DNA of 51,583 nucleotides, the filler included, from Sphacelaria rigidula (Eukaryota), in the NCBI GenBank assembly GCA_964200075.2. It is 3 parts of 3 records of this genome, joined end to end, with 100 filler letters (N's around TTAATTAATTAA, not from the genome) between each part and the next. Parts side by side here need not be neighbours in the genome. Positions count along the whole stretch, not along the records: positions 1 to 17,130 come from CAXNAA020001159.1; positions 17,231 to 34,358 come from CAXNAA020001160.1; 1 more part is not named here. One strand, given 5' to 3'. Below, one piece after another: positions 10,470 through 23,175 of the stretch. Numbering within the stretch: position 1 is the first letter of the stretch; each line of letters opens with the position of its first letter. A program made the translations under genes and the position numbers. A model generated the notes under the pieces. That model searched no databases. It had not been told where the DNA came from and was given only the letters and a program-made list of their open reading frames with translations.

Positions 10470-11649
10470 GTATGTATCCCCTTTCATAGCAGAGTTCAGC
10501 CCTCGATAGAGTACTATTGCAATTAGGTTTTACTCAGTCCGAAGGGCACTGAGGCTTGTTTCTGCTGGCTGGACTGCTAGACTACAATAGTAGCATGCTA
10601 CGCATCGATCGAGCTTTCGCTGTTCGATGCAACAGTCAGCAGCAGTACGGATACTAGTGCTGTACGGTAGAGGGCAACAGTTGATGACTACGTGGGTCAA
10701 GCAGGGTGTGGCGACTGCACACAGGAAGCCACCTACGACCCCGACAGAGCAAGAGTAACGGTTCATGTAGGTACTGTAGAGTAGGCATAGAGTGCTTCTT
10801 GGTCGTTATACAGACTGGGTTGTCACCTCGTGCAGAGAAAGTACAACACATCTCACCGCCCCCGCAGCACCGTACCGAACGGTATGTGCATATTGATAGA
10901 AGTTTCGACAATATCTGCTACGGGAAGGGCACACGGGCGGCTCACTACGCCTCTCTCTCTCGACGCTCGTCGCTTTCGCCGCCCTCGGCCTTTAACCCAG
11001 AGCAAAGCACACTACATGGTGTTCGGCTGAGCACTTGATTATCTCAGATGTATACCTCGTCAAAGAGTACTGGGGTTCGTACGGTCTGGACTGGGTTGAG
11101 GTGGCGGACGTCACCGGTATAGCCGACGCCTCATGATGGGATATGCCTTTCAGTTGGTGCAGAAAGAACGATGCCGCAGTGCTAGGCGTCTGGAAGCGAA
11201 GCACTAATGCGGTGCCATTGCATTTTATGGCGCGTGCTTTCGAGCATGGTACAGCATAGATCTTTGTTTTTTGTTCGAACAGGACTCGAGCTAGCCGCCC
11301 GTCCCCAAGGGACCAGTCGACGCTCATCGCTTCGCCTCCTGTGCTTGATGACAGAGAGTACTGAAAAAATAAGCTACACCCCTTCCCGGCGAAGCTTTCT
11401 CGCAAAATGCGCTGGACGCTGTGGGCATGACTCTTGCCTAACATGGCCGTAAATTCACACTCCACAGGGAAAGTGCCGTGCAGTCAGTACTCGTGGGTCA
11501 TTTTGCGGTGTCAGCTAGACCTCTGAACGTGTGTAACTGCCGGCTAGCGTATACTCGAGGCCTAGGTGCGTCCTTTGCCGCTTGACTTCAAGGTAAAACG
11601 AAGTATTGCTCGGACTAATTCATGTACATTGGTGGACCCGTGTTACCCC

Positions 11650-12225
11650 TTGGGCTGCGCCACCCCTCCCTTGGTCCGGCGCTAACTCGGTGTGCTCCGT
11701 CCTGGCTTGGTAGGGACGGACCCCCTAGGGGGATGGTGTCGGTTGGCGATGACGCTGTAAAACACGCCACTCACTGCGTACGCTAGGCAACCAGGTTGAC
11801 CGGGGGGGTTTGCGCGCTGGCGCTGTTTTTAGCGGTAATCATGATAGTGGTCGAGCTAGATCATGCTATGCGGGATGGGAGAACCCCGATCCCGCGCAAA
11901 GGGGATGATCATACTACGTTGTGCTTAAATGGTAAGACCCCCATGATTCATTGTGGAACCCGTGGCTGTCTCTGGAAGTGGCGATAACAGAAATTGAAGC
12001 AACTCATTGGAGGCTGTCATCCAAATGCAAGATAATATGTACGCTTCAGGCCGGATAATCTCAGCAGGATGCAGCTCACCCTTTGTGCGACTCGCCGAGC
12101 ACATCACGGCGCTTGGTTGTGATTGATTGTGAGCCTGGTCCGGCGAAAACCCGGCGTGCTCCGTACCGGCTTTGTAGGGATGCGAGGTCAATATGGTTGA
12201 TCTCACGATATTTCTGGACCCCCAG
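11650..12225 (+). repeat. Dispersed ~550-bp repeat, copy 2 (intronic)
   Basis: Colinear with 1605-2145. Confidence 0.8.
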
Positions 12226-12706
12226 TCAGCAACAGGATGTACGGTGTGAACAGGAAGGGTGTTGCCTGCGCGCGGTACCCACCCGTCAAGAGATTGGATC
12301 GTAAAAGCAAGTGTATTTGGGCGAAGCATCTTGACGGACACCCCCAGAGTGGGTCATCTGTGTTGCATTGTCACAGTTTTGACGTGAAAATGAATGATGA
12401 ACAGACCGTTCGGTCGATACAATGCGGCAGGGAGGTGTGCGTGTCATGGGTGCAGATGGCCTTCTGCGCTTCTTTTCCCGACCGACGGGGCGGATTATTC
12501 CCATCTCATCGGCTTGTGCAATTTTCCAACAGGAAGATTCTACACAGTTTTTGAAAAAGATCGTACAAGGTATATGTTTTGGCCTCAATTAGCATCTCTA
12601 ACAGTGCTACGACTGCGTATGTCCATTGATAAACTAGCTAATTCCCTCACCACAATTCACTCCATAAAACACTCATGTTTATCTACCTTCCCCAACCTCC
12701 GAATAG

Positions 12707-13159
12707 GCAGCGAAAACGCTGGCCAAAGAGGCCAAGCGAGTGCGCACATTCCTGCTGCAACAAGCGATCCGCAAGAGCAAGATGACAGCAGAAAAATTAG
12801 CGGCCAGGAGCAAAAGTAGCAAGCACCGTTACAGGGACGCGGTACCAGCGACAGCATCAGCGGCGGCGGACAAGAGTGCGCCGACGCTTCCTCCTGTTGG
12901 CTCTGCTGCTACCGCTGCTGAGCATGCGGCTGGGGGTAAGCACAGCGGCGTTGCGGCGAACGCTGAAGCCACGACAGATGGCGACGATGAAGACGAAGAT
13001 CGTGGAAGTGATGGTGATGGTGGGAGGGCGAGTGGAGATGATAGTGATGTAGAAGCTGTATGTTCCTCCACGAGAGATGGTGCGCTGAAGCCACCGCCGT
13101 CGGAGGCGGTGCAAAATGGTGCCGCGGCTCGTATCGCGGAAGAGATAACAACAATTAAG
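12707..13159 (+). CDS. Exon 2 of SRFBP1/BUD22-like gene
   Basis: TAG acceptor at 12704-12706 and AAG|GTGCGC donor. AAKTLAKEAKRVRTFLLQQAIRK...RIAEEITTIK resembles the SRFBP1 N-terminus (KEVKRIR...RLLEEIHAMK), with an acidic low-complexity insert. Confidence 0.75.
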
Positions 13160-13534
13160 GTGCGCACGCGACCCCACTTCCCAGTACCGCCAATATTTGT
13201 CTCGTCTCGTGTAGTATTTCCGTTGCTGGTGGTGAATGCACGTCACGTTTTACTATGGAGTAGGCTGTGCGCTTCCAAAATTCGCGATTGTTCACCTTTC
13301 TGTTTTCGGCGAACGTGCCTCGAGCTTTTTGTTACACTGCAGTGGGTAACTAAAACGCCCTTAACTAGGACTACCAAAGGAATGGCACACGACCGGAATG
13401 GGTACGGTCAATGACGTATACCGTGTTTCGTCGCAGCGCTTCCCTAGTGATGACGCGTATTTGCTGGATGTGCAACCAGAATAATTCCCCCCTCCCCATT
13501 CACTCGGCAAGCGATTGGCCATCAATTGAATGCA

Positions 13535-14130
13535 CGAGCTGGGTCAGCCAAAACTCCCTTTTGGCAGAGCAGTTTTACTCCGCTTAATTTCAGGAGTTGG
13601 GAGCTGAAAATTTCACACGAATTTTATCAACATACGGAAAGCAGTGGAAATCATCAAAAAGGAAGAAAACATAAAGTTGAGATAGATCTGAAATTTCTGG
13701 GAGAAAAATAACAGGTCATGACTCGATGAAAGATAAAAAAAACTCCGGTAGCTTCCGTGAAGAATTTTCTGCTTGCTCGTAACAGGTCCTTGTAGAAGTT
13801 TGGATCAAAACTCCTCAAATTGGGCAGGGCATTCCACTTTTTGCGTGACACCGCTGCACCCTATCGTCTAACTGGTGAAGGAGACTTCCACAAGAGATCG
13901 AGATCACGTGTTCAAGTCCCGACATGTACGTTTTTTTCTGTAGAAGCTGGTTCCGTCGTTGAGGTCATATATCATTCAGTACATTTATTTTCATGTTTAT
14001 TCGGCGGCAGAGCGTGCATTAGCAGATTGGTCCCCAGCTCACAACGATGTACTTACATCGGGTTCGTTTGGCGAACTGAAACAGTCATCGCATGCAGAAG
14101 GAATCCGGATTTCTTTGCTGGCCCGGTTCA
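13535..14130. mobile_element. Mariner-type MITE sharing the family TIR but with a different interior
   Basis: Left end CGAGCTGGGTCAGCC, right end GCTGGCCCGGTTCA|TA. Confidence 0.5.
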
Positions 14131-14250
14131 TAGCTCTATTGAGAACAAAGCTCCGTTTGCTCGAAACACCTGGTCACTGGCGCAACAGCTAGGCGATGCA
14201 GCACAAGATAACTTCCCTCCATACACACACACAAAACTGTCCGCTTACAG

Positions 14251-14426
14251 GCATTGCAACCCGAGGCGGCAGTGAAGATCTGCCTTCGCCGGCTGGGCCT
14301 CAGGCACACCGGGCCGGCGGGGGAGGCGGAGGTGCAGGTGGAGGGCAGCGCGCGCTTGAAGGAGCTGGTGTTCCAGATTGTCGAGCATAAGCGGGTGATC
14401 ACCGTCATGGAAGAGCTGCAACAGAA
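14251..14426 (+). CDS. Exon 3 of SRFBP1/BUD22-like gene; downstream exons not found before the contig end
   Basis: CAG acceptor at 14248-14250 and GTAAGT donor at 14427. ALQPEAAVKICLRRLGL...LVFQIVEHKRVITVMEELQQK continues the frame in phase 0. Confidence 0.75.
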
Positions 14427-15814
14427 GTAAGTGATGCTGTAGCTGTGTTTGTATGGTGTGCACTGTACTGTTTGGCTGCACTTCTGAGGCCTGCCTCATC
14501 AGCGGATGGAATCCTGTCCCTTCGCATTATTTTTTCCCTTCTTTTTGAGCCTCATCCAAAACATTCAAATGAGCCAATCACAAACATGGACGATCACGTA
14601 CGTCACTTGTTGGTTTCTAGAAATTTGCGGAACGACGGTGGCTCGCCACGAGGACTGAAGCAGCGTAGCCCCCTTGGATCGCAAGGCTGGATCAGCTGGG
14701 TTTGATCGTCATTTTTCACGTGAAGATGTCGCCGATTCAACAGATGGTCCGCTCTGGGCAGTCCACAGTCACAAAAAACGATCGGACAGAAGAACAATCA
14801 CCACACTCATACATGCTACCGTGCACGCTTCGCTTCTTTGAGATTTGGTAGTTCTACGCTACACCTCCCGCTGGCATACTATTATATTAATAGCGTCATC
14901 CATGTCACGCAGCGTGGTATGAGACTGGTGAAGTGGCCTACGCTAGCGTATGACCGGATATGCGTGTGGTTTACAACAACTACCGCAGGAGCTCAAGATT
15001 GTTCTGATTGTATGAACAATGTTGACACATACGGCAGTTTTTTTTTCAGGATTCTCACGCATACAAAACTGGTCATTGTGGGTACAACGAATTTGTCTAT
15101 AGTACACACTAAGCATCACGAAGAGCAAGCAACATTGTACTGCAGGAGTGCTTGACGTGAAAATAACGTCCTCGAGCTTGCCCCCAGTTCGAGGATAGCC
15201 GATTCCGGACGAACCAGATCGCGATGACCAACCATGACGAGGAATCTCGCCAGTGGATATCTGCTCTATCTGCGATTCCTAAGCTTCTACGGTGTGTAGT
15301 CAAACAAGCAACTTCTTTACGGCATGACCTTGATGATGAAATAGGGGGGCGGGGGAGGGGGGTGTTTTTGCATTTTCTCTGGTCGATGGGATGTTATGAG
15401 TAGCGTACGAGATACAAGTGTCCCGGAAGCTGTGGCTTACTCTTCTCTGTTTATGATTTCCCTGCTGCGTATGGTGGCCGACCCGGCTTCATATGTATGG
15501 ACCTAGCGTGGGCAAAACGCTCGGCCTCGTGAATGCTAGCAAATGACAATAGTCGATGTGAAGACGACTGATCAAGTCGAGCCAAAGCACGCAAGTGCTG
15601 CTGCCTGCATCGAAAGACATCATGCACGAGACGAATCTCACGCAACATCGTGTTTTGTAGGACATACCAGCTGAAATTTTGGTATTTAGAGAAGTGTTGA
15701 GGTATGTTATCGGTAAATGCCCTTCCGAACCAGACCGCACTGGAGTTTGTTCAATACAGGGCTCGATACCCTACCGAGCCATACCGGAATGTCAGCTTTA
15801 CATTCTGGTATGTC

Positions 15815-16070
15815 TTTTTTTGTCGCACTTTGAACCCCTCCCCTTCCTCGGGCTGAGTCCGTGGTCTCAGGGGATCATCCCAACTCTCCTCTGGTACACG
15901 TCTTGCAATTTGATCTCGCGGAATGGGTCAGCGCTCCCGCACCGCGTCAACTCGCATCAAACAAACTCAGTCGACTACTCTGTTTACTCACGTTCTCACG
16001 CTTTCCACGATGGAAATCAGATATTACGAAGAAAAAACCCAACGCATCTGGAATCGAACCCTCAGTATGC
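15815..16070 (-). mobile_element. tRNA-derived SINE (head partly lost)
   Basis: Box B GGTTCGATTCC at 16060-16050 (-); body homologous to 19765-20070. Confidence 0.6.
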
Positions 16071-16349
16071 CAACCAAAAATCCCCACTTACGGGCATACC
16101 GTATTAGTACAATAGTCGTGTTGAGTGTCTTTTCTGAGTTTCCTTCACTCGTCTTTCTATCTCCTTGATTCTGTATCAATTTTTCTTCTTGAAGTTATAT
16201 GTTTTGATGGTAGATGTCGTTCGTTGAGGGCCTCGTAGTCCAAATGCAGGGATGATGTGAGGGGCATCAAAGTCGCCTCTTACTTACGCTCGGTGGAATA
16301 TGTTTCGTCCTCCGATGTGTCATCCTCCCACATGATTCCCCCCCCGCCC

Positions 16350-16673
16350 TCCCCTAATCTTGCACAAGGAGTTGCAGAAGTATGTACGTTCTTGACCACT
16401 CTTTTCAACGTATTTGTTAATAATCTGATGATAGCAATGGAAGCAGCGAAGCAAGGAGTCAAGGTGGAGGAAAAATAACGGTATGAGGAGTGATGTTCGC
16501 GGATGATTTCGTGGGGGTATCAGGATCAGAGAAGGCGCTAGAGTACACTAGAAAATGGAGAGTGACAGCAAATGGTGAAAAATGCGTGGTACTTGTGTGT
16601 AACGAAGATAATGACTCGGTAAAGCTCAAATGGAAATCGGGAGATGAGGAACTACATATCGTAGAACAGTATG
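16350..16673 (+). pseudogene. Decayed non-LTR retrotransposon reverse transcriptase fragment
   Basis: QGVAEVCTFLTTLFNVFVNNL and MFADDFVG...KWRVTANGEKC (RT motifs), frameshifted. Confidence 0.85.
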
Positions 16674-17130
16674 CAAGGGTAGGTCGAGTAGAGTATACTC
16701 AATACTCAGTATTTTCAAAGAGTCATACTTTTTGTACCCAAAGCTTGACTAGAGTATTTGAGATCGTACCTAATCTACTCGAAATTTGAGTAGAGTATTG
16801 AGGTCATACTTAAGTGATACTCTATACTCGAGTATTGCTGAGAGTGCTTACTCAATATTTGAGTAGAGTATTTGAGGTCGTACTTTACGCACTCGAAATT
16901 TGAGTAGAGTAGTGGAGGGGGTACTAAACGTAATCAAAATTTGAGGAGAGTATTTGAGGCCGTACTCAATGTACTCAAAAAATGATTAGAGTATTGAGAT
17001 CATACCCCTGTGATACTCTATACTCATGTATTACTGAGAGTGCTCACTAAATATTTGAGTAGAGTATTTGAGGCCGTACTCGACCTACTCAAACGTGGAG
17101 GAGGGTAAATAATGGAGTATTCTGCTCTAG
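16674..17130. mobile_element. MITE (possibly hAT-type) with tandem GAGTAGAGTATT subterminal repeats, cut by contig end
   Basis: Starts CAAGGGTAGGTCGAGTA; the related copy ends TACCCGACATGCCCTTG at 25213; ~35-45 bp internal repeats. Confidence 0.6.
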
Positions 17131-17230
17131 NNNNNNNNNNNNNNNNNNNNNNNNNNNNNNNNNNNNNNNNNNNNTTAATTAATTAANNNNNNNNNNNNNN
17201 NNNNNNNNNNNNNNNNNNNNNNNNNNNNNN
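17131..17230. other. Artificial contig spacer N44-TTAATTAATTAA-N44
   Basis: 100-bp gap with a six-frame stop linker. Confidence 0.97.
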
Positions 17231-18020
17231 GAACCCCCGTTCTCTCCACCCTAATGGCGACAGTCGGACCATTACACCGCCGGGGCGCGGCAATCACCCA
17301 AGAAACTACATGTATCCATAACCAACGGAGGTGTGCTGCATACAAGGATCTTACCCACGTCAAGTCGCCGTGATCGTTAGGCAACGACTGTGGCGTTTTG
17401 TCGGCCACCTCATCATTAACCCCGTTGTCGGGAGCACTGCTCTAAAGGGTAGGTGCAAATCTCACAAATACTATATTTATACCCTGTCCGAAGGAACAAG
17501 GGCTGCTCTGCGAACAAAGATGACACCCTGAAATGCCGGTACCAATTCAAAAATGTTGCGCGGGACACGGTACGTGGCAACAGCCAAGAAATTGCAACAA
17601 AATGGTTTCGGCAGGCTCAACTGCCTCCCTTCTGTACTGAATCAAGATCGTAGGAGAAAGTGGCTGGTCCATGGTACATCCGAGCGGCAGTGAACCCCGT
17701 GGAAAGACAAGGGCAGTTTCATCAGTCAACGTTTTCGTCTGGAGCACGGCCATGGTACTGAGTGCGGATATCAACCCATAATTTCCACCGAAAACGACGC
17801 ATGCCCACCTGGGATGCCCATGCCCCCTTGATCCATCTGAGATACCTGTCATCGCGCTCTGGGACAACGATACCCCCACCCCTTTTCGTAACCCTAACCC
17901 ATGCGAGATATCGCATTATCAGACCAGGTGAGTGACGCTAGCGTCGTGGGCCCACGCCGTTGAATTTTCGAGTCGCTACACATACCATAGACAAATATGC
18001 GGTCGCGTTGTCGTCAGTAC

Positions 18021-18104
18021 CTTGTCTGGGAAGCCGTAGGTGGGCGCGAGGTTGCAGCTTCCACGTTCGCATCGCTCTCCGGTGACGTTCACCATGCCTG
18101 GTCG
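18021..18104 (-). CDS. EsV-1-7 repeat protein exon (RPGMVNVTGERCERGSCNLAPTYGFPDK)
   Basis: TAG acceptor at 18107-18105 and AAG|GTACTG donor; 84 nt, phase 0/0. Matches the GMVxV..xC...xC...PxYG EsV-1-7 cysteine repeat. This reading frame is not in the ORF track. Confidence 0.8.
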
Positions 18105-18710
18105 CTACATCAACGCAAAATATACAAATACACGGAACAGTCAATATTCGTGAAACGGGTAAGGAGACGCCTGGAAAGGGATCAGCTAATCCTGTGCCAC
18201 ATATGAACCGGGCAATGCGGCACCCATTGCAATAGCCACGAGCGTGCATGGTGAACAACTGGAACAAACCACTCCCAGCACAAAAAAACTTCGGACCAAG
18301 TGCCTGATCTGCCCTGCTATGTAGAGGCACCACCACGTTCATGTCAACATCGTCGTGCCTCGTGAGTTGTTTCAAACCGTGAAGAGTCACGTCGCACAAT
18401 CGAGCGACGTACCCCATGTATTCTCACATTTGCTTTCCGTCGCGAGTTCACGACGCGTGTACATCAACACATGCCCGCGTCATTCCGCTTGACCCACGCC
18501 TTTTAATCACCAGCGAGAAAAAAATCCCCATCAATGTAGCTGAAAATGGCATGGTAGTGAGTCTCGGAAAACGCATCATTTCGACATGCTGCGATTTCAA
18601 GCGCGACGTTGAGCTTTCACTGAAGAACAGAGCGGGGTAGCGAACATCGAAGCATCTTCGACGTGCCCACAGCTGGTGATTGCTGTCAGATATATTTGAA
18701 ATAGTAACAA

Positions 18711-19366
18711 ATGGGGCTGCATTGCGGGATGAAGAAAATGGGGCTGCAATCTGCGAGGTTAGGTACCTACCGATGTATTTCCGAACCGACGGTGTCTGTT
18801 GTGATTATACTGAAGCATCTCCGAACCGACAGTGTCCAGATCATTGATCCGACGAATCTTGGGCTCTACGATCATCCAAAATGGTCTTGGGAATAGAATA
18901 AAAAAAGGTGCGACAGAAGATGGGAATATTCGAAGAGAGCTAGTGGTGCACTCCATCTCGGAAAAAAAAAGTAGCAGCATTGCGGGGTAAAAAAGCGGAG
19001 ATGTATGTGTGGGTCTACACTGCGGGATAATACATGATGTGCTGTACGCAGTGTTGTGCTACATGTTCGAATCAAGAACAAGTGGGGCTTCATCGGGCGG
19101 TGAAGAAAAATGGGGCTGCACTGTCGGAGGTAACGTTCGTCCTGGCGTATCTTGGACTGACAGTTTTCGATGCGACATTTGATCCGACGAATATGAGGTT
19201 CTGCGAACATTCATCGCGGGTCTTGGAAATAGAACGAAAGAGAGTGCGATAGCAAATATACTTACAGCTAGTCCTGCACTCAATCTCAAATATTAGAGGG
19301 TGGTGCAACATTGCGGGAATGAGGTACTATAGCGGGGCTGTACATACGCGGCTGCAATGCGGGATC
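18711..19366 (+). repeat. Diverged tandem duplication (~350-bp units starting at ~18711 and ~19083)
   Basis: Shared GAAGAAAA(A)TGGGGCTGCA, TTGATCCGACGAAT, GGTCTTGG.AATAGAA and CATTGCGGG blocks in the same order. Confidence 0.65.
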
Positions 19367-19764
19367 GCAAAGGGTGTGGAGTAGTAGTACCAAGATGGCC
19401 TATTAATGTGTGTGCCAAGGCATTTCCGACCGATAGCTTCCGGGCTTTTTTTCGGGAGGCAGCTCAAAAGCATTTCAACAGCATGACAACAGCCATAAAC
19501 GCTATTCCTTTCCTTCGTGACAAGACGACTGCGAAACGATACTTCAACTCGACACAGATATTACAATATTCCATGAGGAAACAAGAAACACCAGCAGAGC
19601 ACGCGCCAGATACCACATTCATGTACGAACAATTTTGCGCCCATTTTCGAAAACCTTAGAATGCGACCTCCCGTTCAAAGTTCAAAATATCCTGCCTTAC
19701 TCTATCACATCCCTCGATCATCCCCGTCTCCTCCGGCGAAGCCCTTGCATACACGCTTCAATAC

Positions 19765-20070
19765 ATATATATATATATATATATTCACGTCATACTCCAA
19801 CCCCTCCCCTTTTGGGGATGAGTCCGTAGTCTCGAGAGAAAAAAGCCATCTCATTTCTCCCCCGGTACAAACCTTACATTTTGGTATTACCGACTACATC
19901 AGCACTGCCCCACCGCGCCGACTCTCTTCAACCATGCCATTTCTGCTGCTCACGTTCTCACGTTGTCGATGACATATATATGATTCGTGTCAGGGGGGAA
20001 ACCGCATCTACCGGTATTCAAACCCTCAATATTTGGCCTTCAACTGCACCACTCGAGCCACTAGGGCGGG
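19765..20070 (-). mobile_element. tRNA-derived SINE with (TA)n tail
   Basis: Box A TGGCTCGAGTGG (20060-20049), box B-like GGTTTGAATACC, (TA)n at 19765-19784. Confidence 0.7.
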
Positions 20071-20334
20071 TTGACTGTGTAGATATATGACCGAATTGAT
20101 AACGAAAAGTTATCGCAAAACTTTCATGCCTGGCTCGTGAGTTATCGCAAGTTATCTCAATATATGTGTATACATTTATATGTCTTCGTGACCTCGACTG
20201 GGTTCCTCGAGCACCAGTGAGTGTGCGAAACTCAATCATTATTGTGTGTGCGTGGAAAACATCTCAAGCAAACCCCTAAACCGTCTGTAGGATATCAAAC
20301 ACCCATTTCACGTGCGATGTACGTGTTACTATAC

Positions 20335-20433
20335 CTTGTGCTCGCGACACAAGTAGCCGACCTCTCCTTCGACCCCCATGACGGGCGGCTTGCGGCACCC
20401 TGGGCGCTTGCACTGCTTGTGCAGCTTCACATC
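20335..20433 (-). CDS. EsV-1-7 repeat protein exon (DVKLHKQCKRPGCRKPPVMGVEGEVGYLCREHK)
   Basis: CAG acceptor at 20436-20434 and AAG|GTATAG donor; 99 nt, phase 0/0; C-x4-C...G...C-x2-H repeat. Confidence 0.82.
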
Positions 20434-20999
20434 CTGCGCGAACCGCAGCGGTGCCGAGCAAAAAACACAGGGTCCCACAGAGATGAGCACAAAGGCATGG
20501 AAAATTACTTCGATCAGCATTGTCGACCGCGCTCCGCGTCGGGAACGCCGCACAGGCAGATGTTTGCAGGCCAACGAACTGGTGACTGCGATGTGCGAAT
20601 GTCCCAGCGCATGTACAGTAGGCGCGGGTCTTATCGTGCAGTTTTGATATCCGTGGTTTTTCGGGCGACACGGCTTAGCAGGGTCCACCCCTGTTTTAAA
20701 ACGTCTAGTCATCGGTGATCAACTGCGAAAAAGGAAGCTACACGATGTGTAAATGAAATTGCATTTCGAGTTCTTCTTCGGGAGATGCGGATAGGTGGGG
20801 GGGGAAGTTGATGTGCTGCCTTCAGACATGATAAACATTGGATCATGGCATCTACATTCACCAACGCCCTGCGACAGACGGCCGAGGGTGCGCTCCCTCG
20901 CTTCCCGAAGAACCACCCATCGGGGGTTTCAGCCTGTCGTCGGAGGCTCAAGCACGCCTCCAAAAGGCGTGGAATATTGGGAAGCGTTCATGAGAGAAG

Positions 21000-22680
21000 C
21001 CACGCGCCACCCCCGATGACCGTGTTCTGGGAAAGGCGCTGTAGGTGACCCAAAAGGCGTTTGAGCGGGCGAAGGACGCTGAACTGCAGAACTTCATACA
21101 TGAGTTCACCGTCAAGACAACTCCGAGGAGGGACCAGGCAGTGCTGTACTAAAACATCAAGTTCTTGGAATTGGAAGGGAAGAAGGGGTGTGGCTCAACT
21201 TACATCAGGAACGCGGCCGGCGAGTTGTTGCGGGACAAGCAAGCTATCCTACAGAGGTAGAAGAGAGCTGAGGGGTTTGAAACGCTTTTGAACGCGATCT
21301 CGCCTACGCTCGACACCTCTGCCATCGATCCCATCGTGCAGATGCTGGAGCACGCACCGCTCGCGGCCGAGCCCTCGACGGAAATGAAGCAGTGAGCAAG
21401 CTAATGATCGGCAAGGCCGTTGGGACGGACAAACGTGTACGAATTATTAAAGCTCGGCCTGACCAAAAAGTGGAGCAAGCAATGGGCAAGCTGATAATCG
21501 GCAAGGTCGTTGGGACGGACAAAACGTGTATGAATCATTGAAGCTCGCCCTGACCGAGGACTCTGCCTTCCACAAGTGCTTACACAGCATCGTGCTCACA
21601 GTGTAACGTCAGGAAGTAGTGCCACAGGAATGGAAAGACACCGTCATCAAGGTACTGTCCAAGAAACAGAACCCACACGGATGCGGCAACTACCGCGGTA
21701 TTTCGCTAGGGTCCCACGCGGGCAAGGTGGTTCATTTCCGTCGAGTCGGGAATATAGTTGCGACGTGCCTCAGCGCCTACTATGAGTGGAACGGAATCCT
21801 CCCAGAAGTCCAATGCGGCTTCCGACCTGGCCGGTCGACAGTCGACATGACGTACGTTGTGCTCAGACTCAAAGCATGGAGAAGAATCTTCCCCTGTACA
21901 TATGCTTTGTCTACTTCTCGACGGTGGGCAACTCAGTGGACCGCTCTCTCCTCTGGTGGATGCTAGCACGATTCGGCATCTCCGCCAAGGTGGTATCCAT
22001 TATTTACCAGTTTCACGACGGCATGAGGGAACGCGTGCGCCTCAAGAGCGGCGAGACATGTCAGTGGTTGAACCTCAACCAGGACCTAGGGCCTCTGCGA
22101 GACTGTGTGCTTTCCCCCGGTATGTTCGGCATCTTCGCAGCGGTGCTGACGGTGACATTCCATCACTTTTCGATCGATAAAGCGGTGGCGTTGAACTTCA
22201 TCACCATCGCTGAAAGGGGCGGGAGGACCAGGGACGAACTTAGCAAAGTGCTTTGGTTCATGCTATACGCCGACGACGCTGGTGTAGTCTCTTGATCTCA
22301 ACTAAGCCTGGCACAGATTAAGACCGTCATCAAGTCTGTGCGGCATTTGGTATCGTCGTCGCGGAAGAGAAGGCGATAACAACGACCGGGTTGCTCCCGA
22401 CTACCACATGCTACCATACCACGAGGTTCTCGAAAGAACTGGCTGCGAGTGCATCGAGGCCGTATATGAGGCGAATCCTCCTACACGCCAGCCCCATCGT
22501 GCGCATCGTCAAACTTGGAGTGACGGTCGGAGGGAAGACAACGGAAGGCCGACCAGAGACACGCCTACAACACAGTGTCACGGAATACTGCTCCTGCGTC
22601 GGAATAAACGCGACGTGATGAACGCAGGTTGCCCTAAGATGTTTTCGACTTGTACAAGATCGTAGAGGAAGGGGCTAAGA
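21000..22680 (+). mobile_element. Decayed RTE-clade LINE (RT pseudogene)
   Basis: PQEWKD..IKVL.KK...[34 protein letters not shown] and LYADD motifs, with frameshifts. Internal ~70-bp tandem duplication at 21396-21555. Confidence 0.9.
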
Positions 22681-23093
22681 TGCACATGACAATTCGACCA
22701 AGGCGCCACATACTGTAGATGTGGGGGGAGGTGTAACGGGAGCCACGGACTTGGCCGTGGGACGTGCCTACACAATTCGTCCTTGTGTGGAAGAGAGACG
22801 AGAGGGTCGAGTCGGGAAGTGTCTTGAGGGGACGCCTTGACAGGCACTGCCTCGAGTTGAAGTATCCGGGGACAGAATGGACAGGACGAACAGTTGTCCC
22901 TGGAGGAAGATTCCAGGAACCATGCCAGAGAAATCCCTGGAACACAGCGGAGGCATCCATGAATTTTTCCGGAACTATGCCGAGGGAGATACGGCCCCGT
23001 CGCCTGTGTGGACACATGCAGACTTGTGGCTACCCTGGTACTCTCAATAATAATAGGGACAATTATACTAATGTAGTAGTGATAATAATGGTT

Positions 23094-23094
<1 letters not shown>

Positions 23095-23133
<39 letters not shown>

Positions 23134-23153
23134 CGATGATGATGATGATGATG
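23095..23153 (+). repeat. (GAT)n microsatellite, probably the tail of a retroelement 3' end (~22690-23153)
   Basis: About 20 GAT units seen directly. Confidence 0.9.
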
Positions 23154-23175
23154 AGTCAAACCTTATGCAAAAACT

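Noticed and set aside
16690-17100. CRISPR-like repeat array
   Set aside because: Degenerate tandem repeats without unique spacers, no cas genes and a eukaryotic context; explained as MITE subterminal repeats.
17175-17186. TTAATTAATTAA as a biological motif (also 34403-34414)
   Set aside because: It is an assembly linker embedded in Ns.
14427-18021. Linking the BUD22-like gene to the EsV-1-7 gene as convergent neighbours
   Set aside because: They are separated by an artificial contig join.
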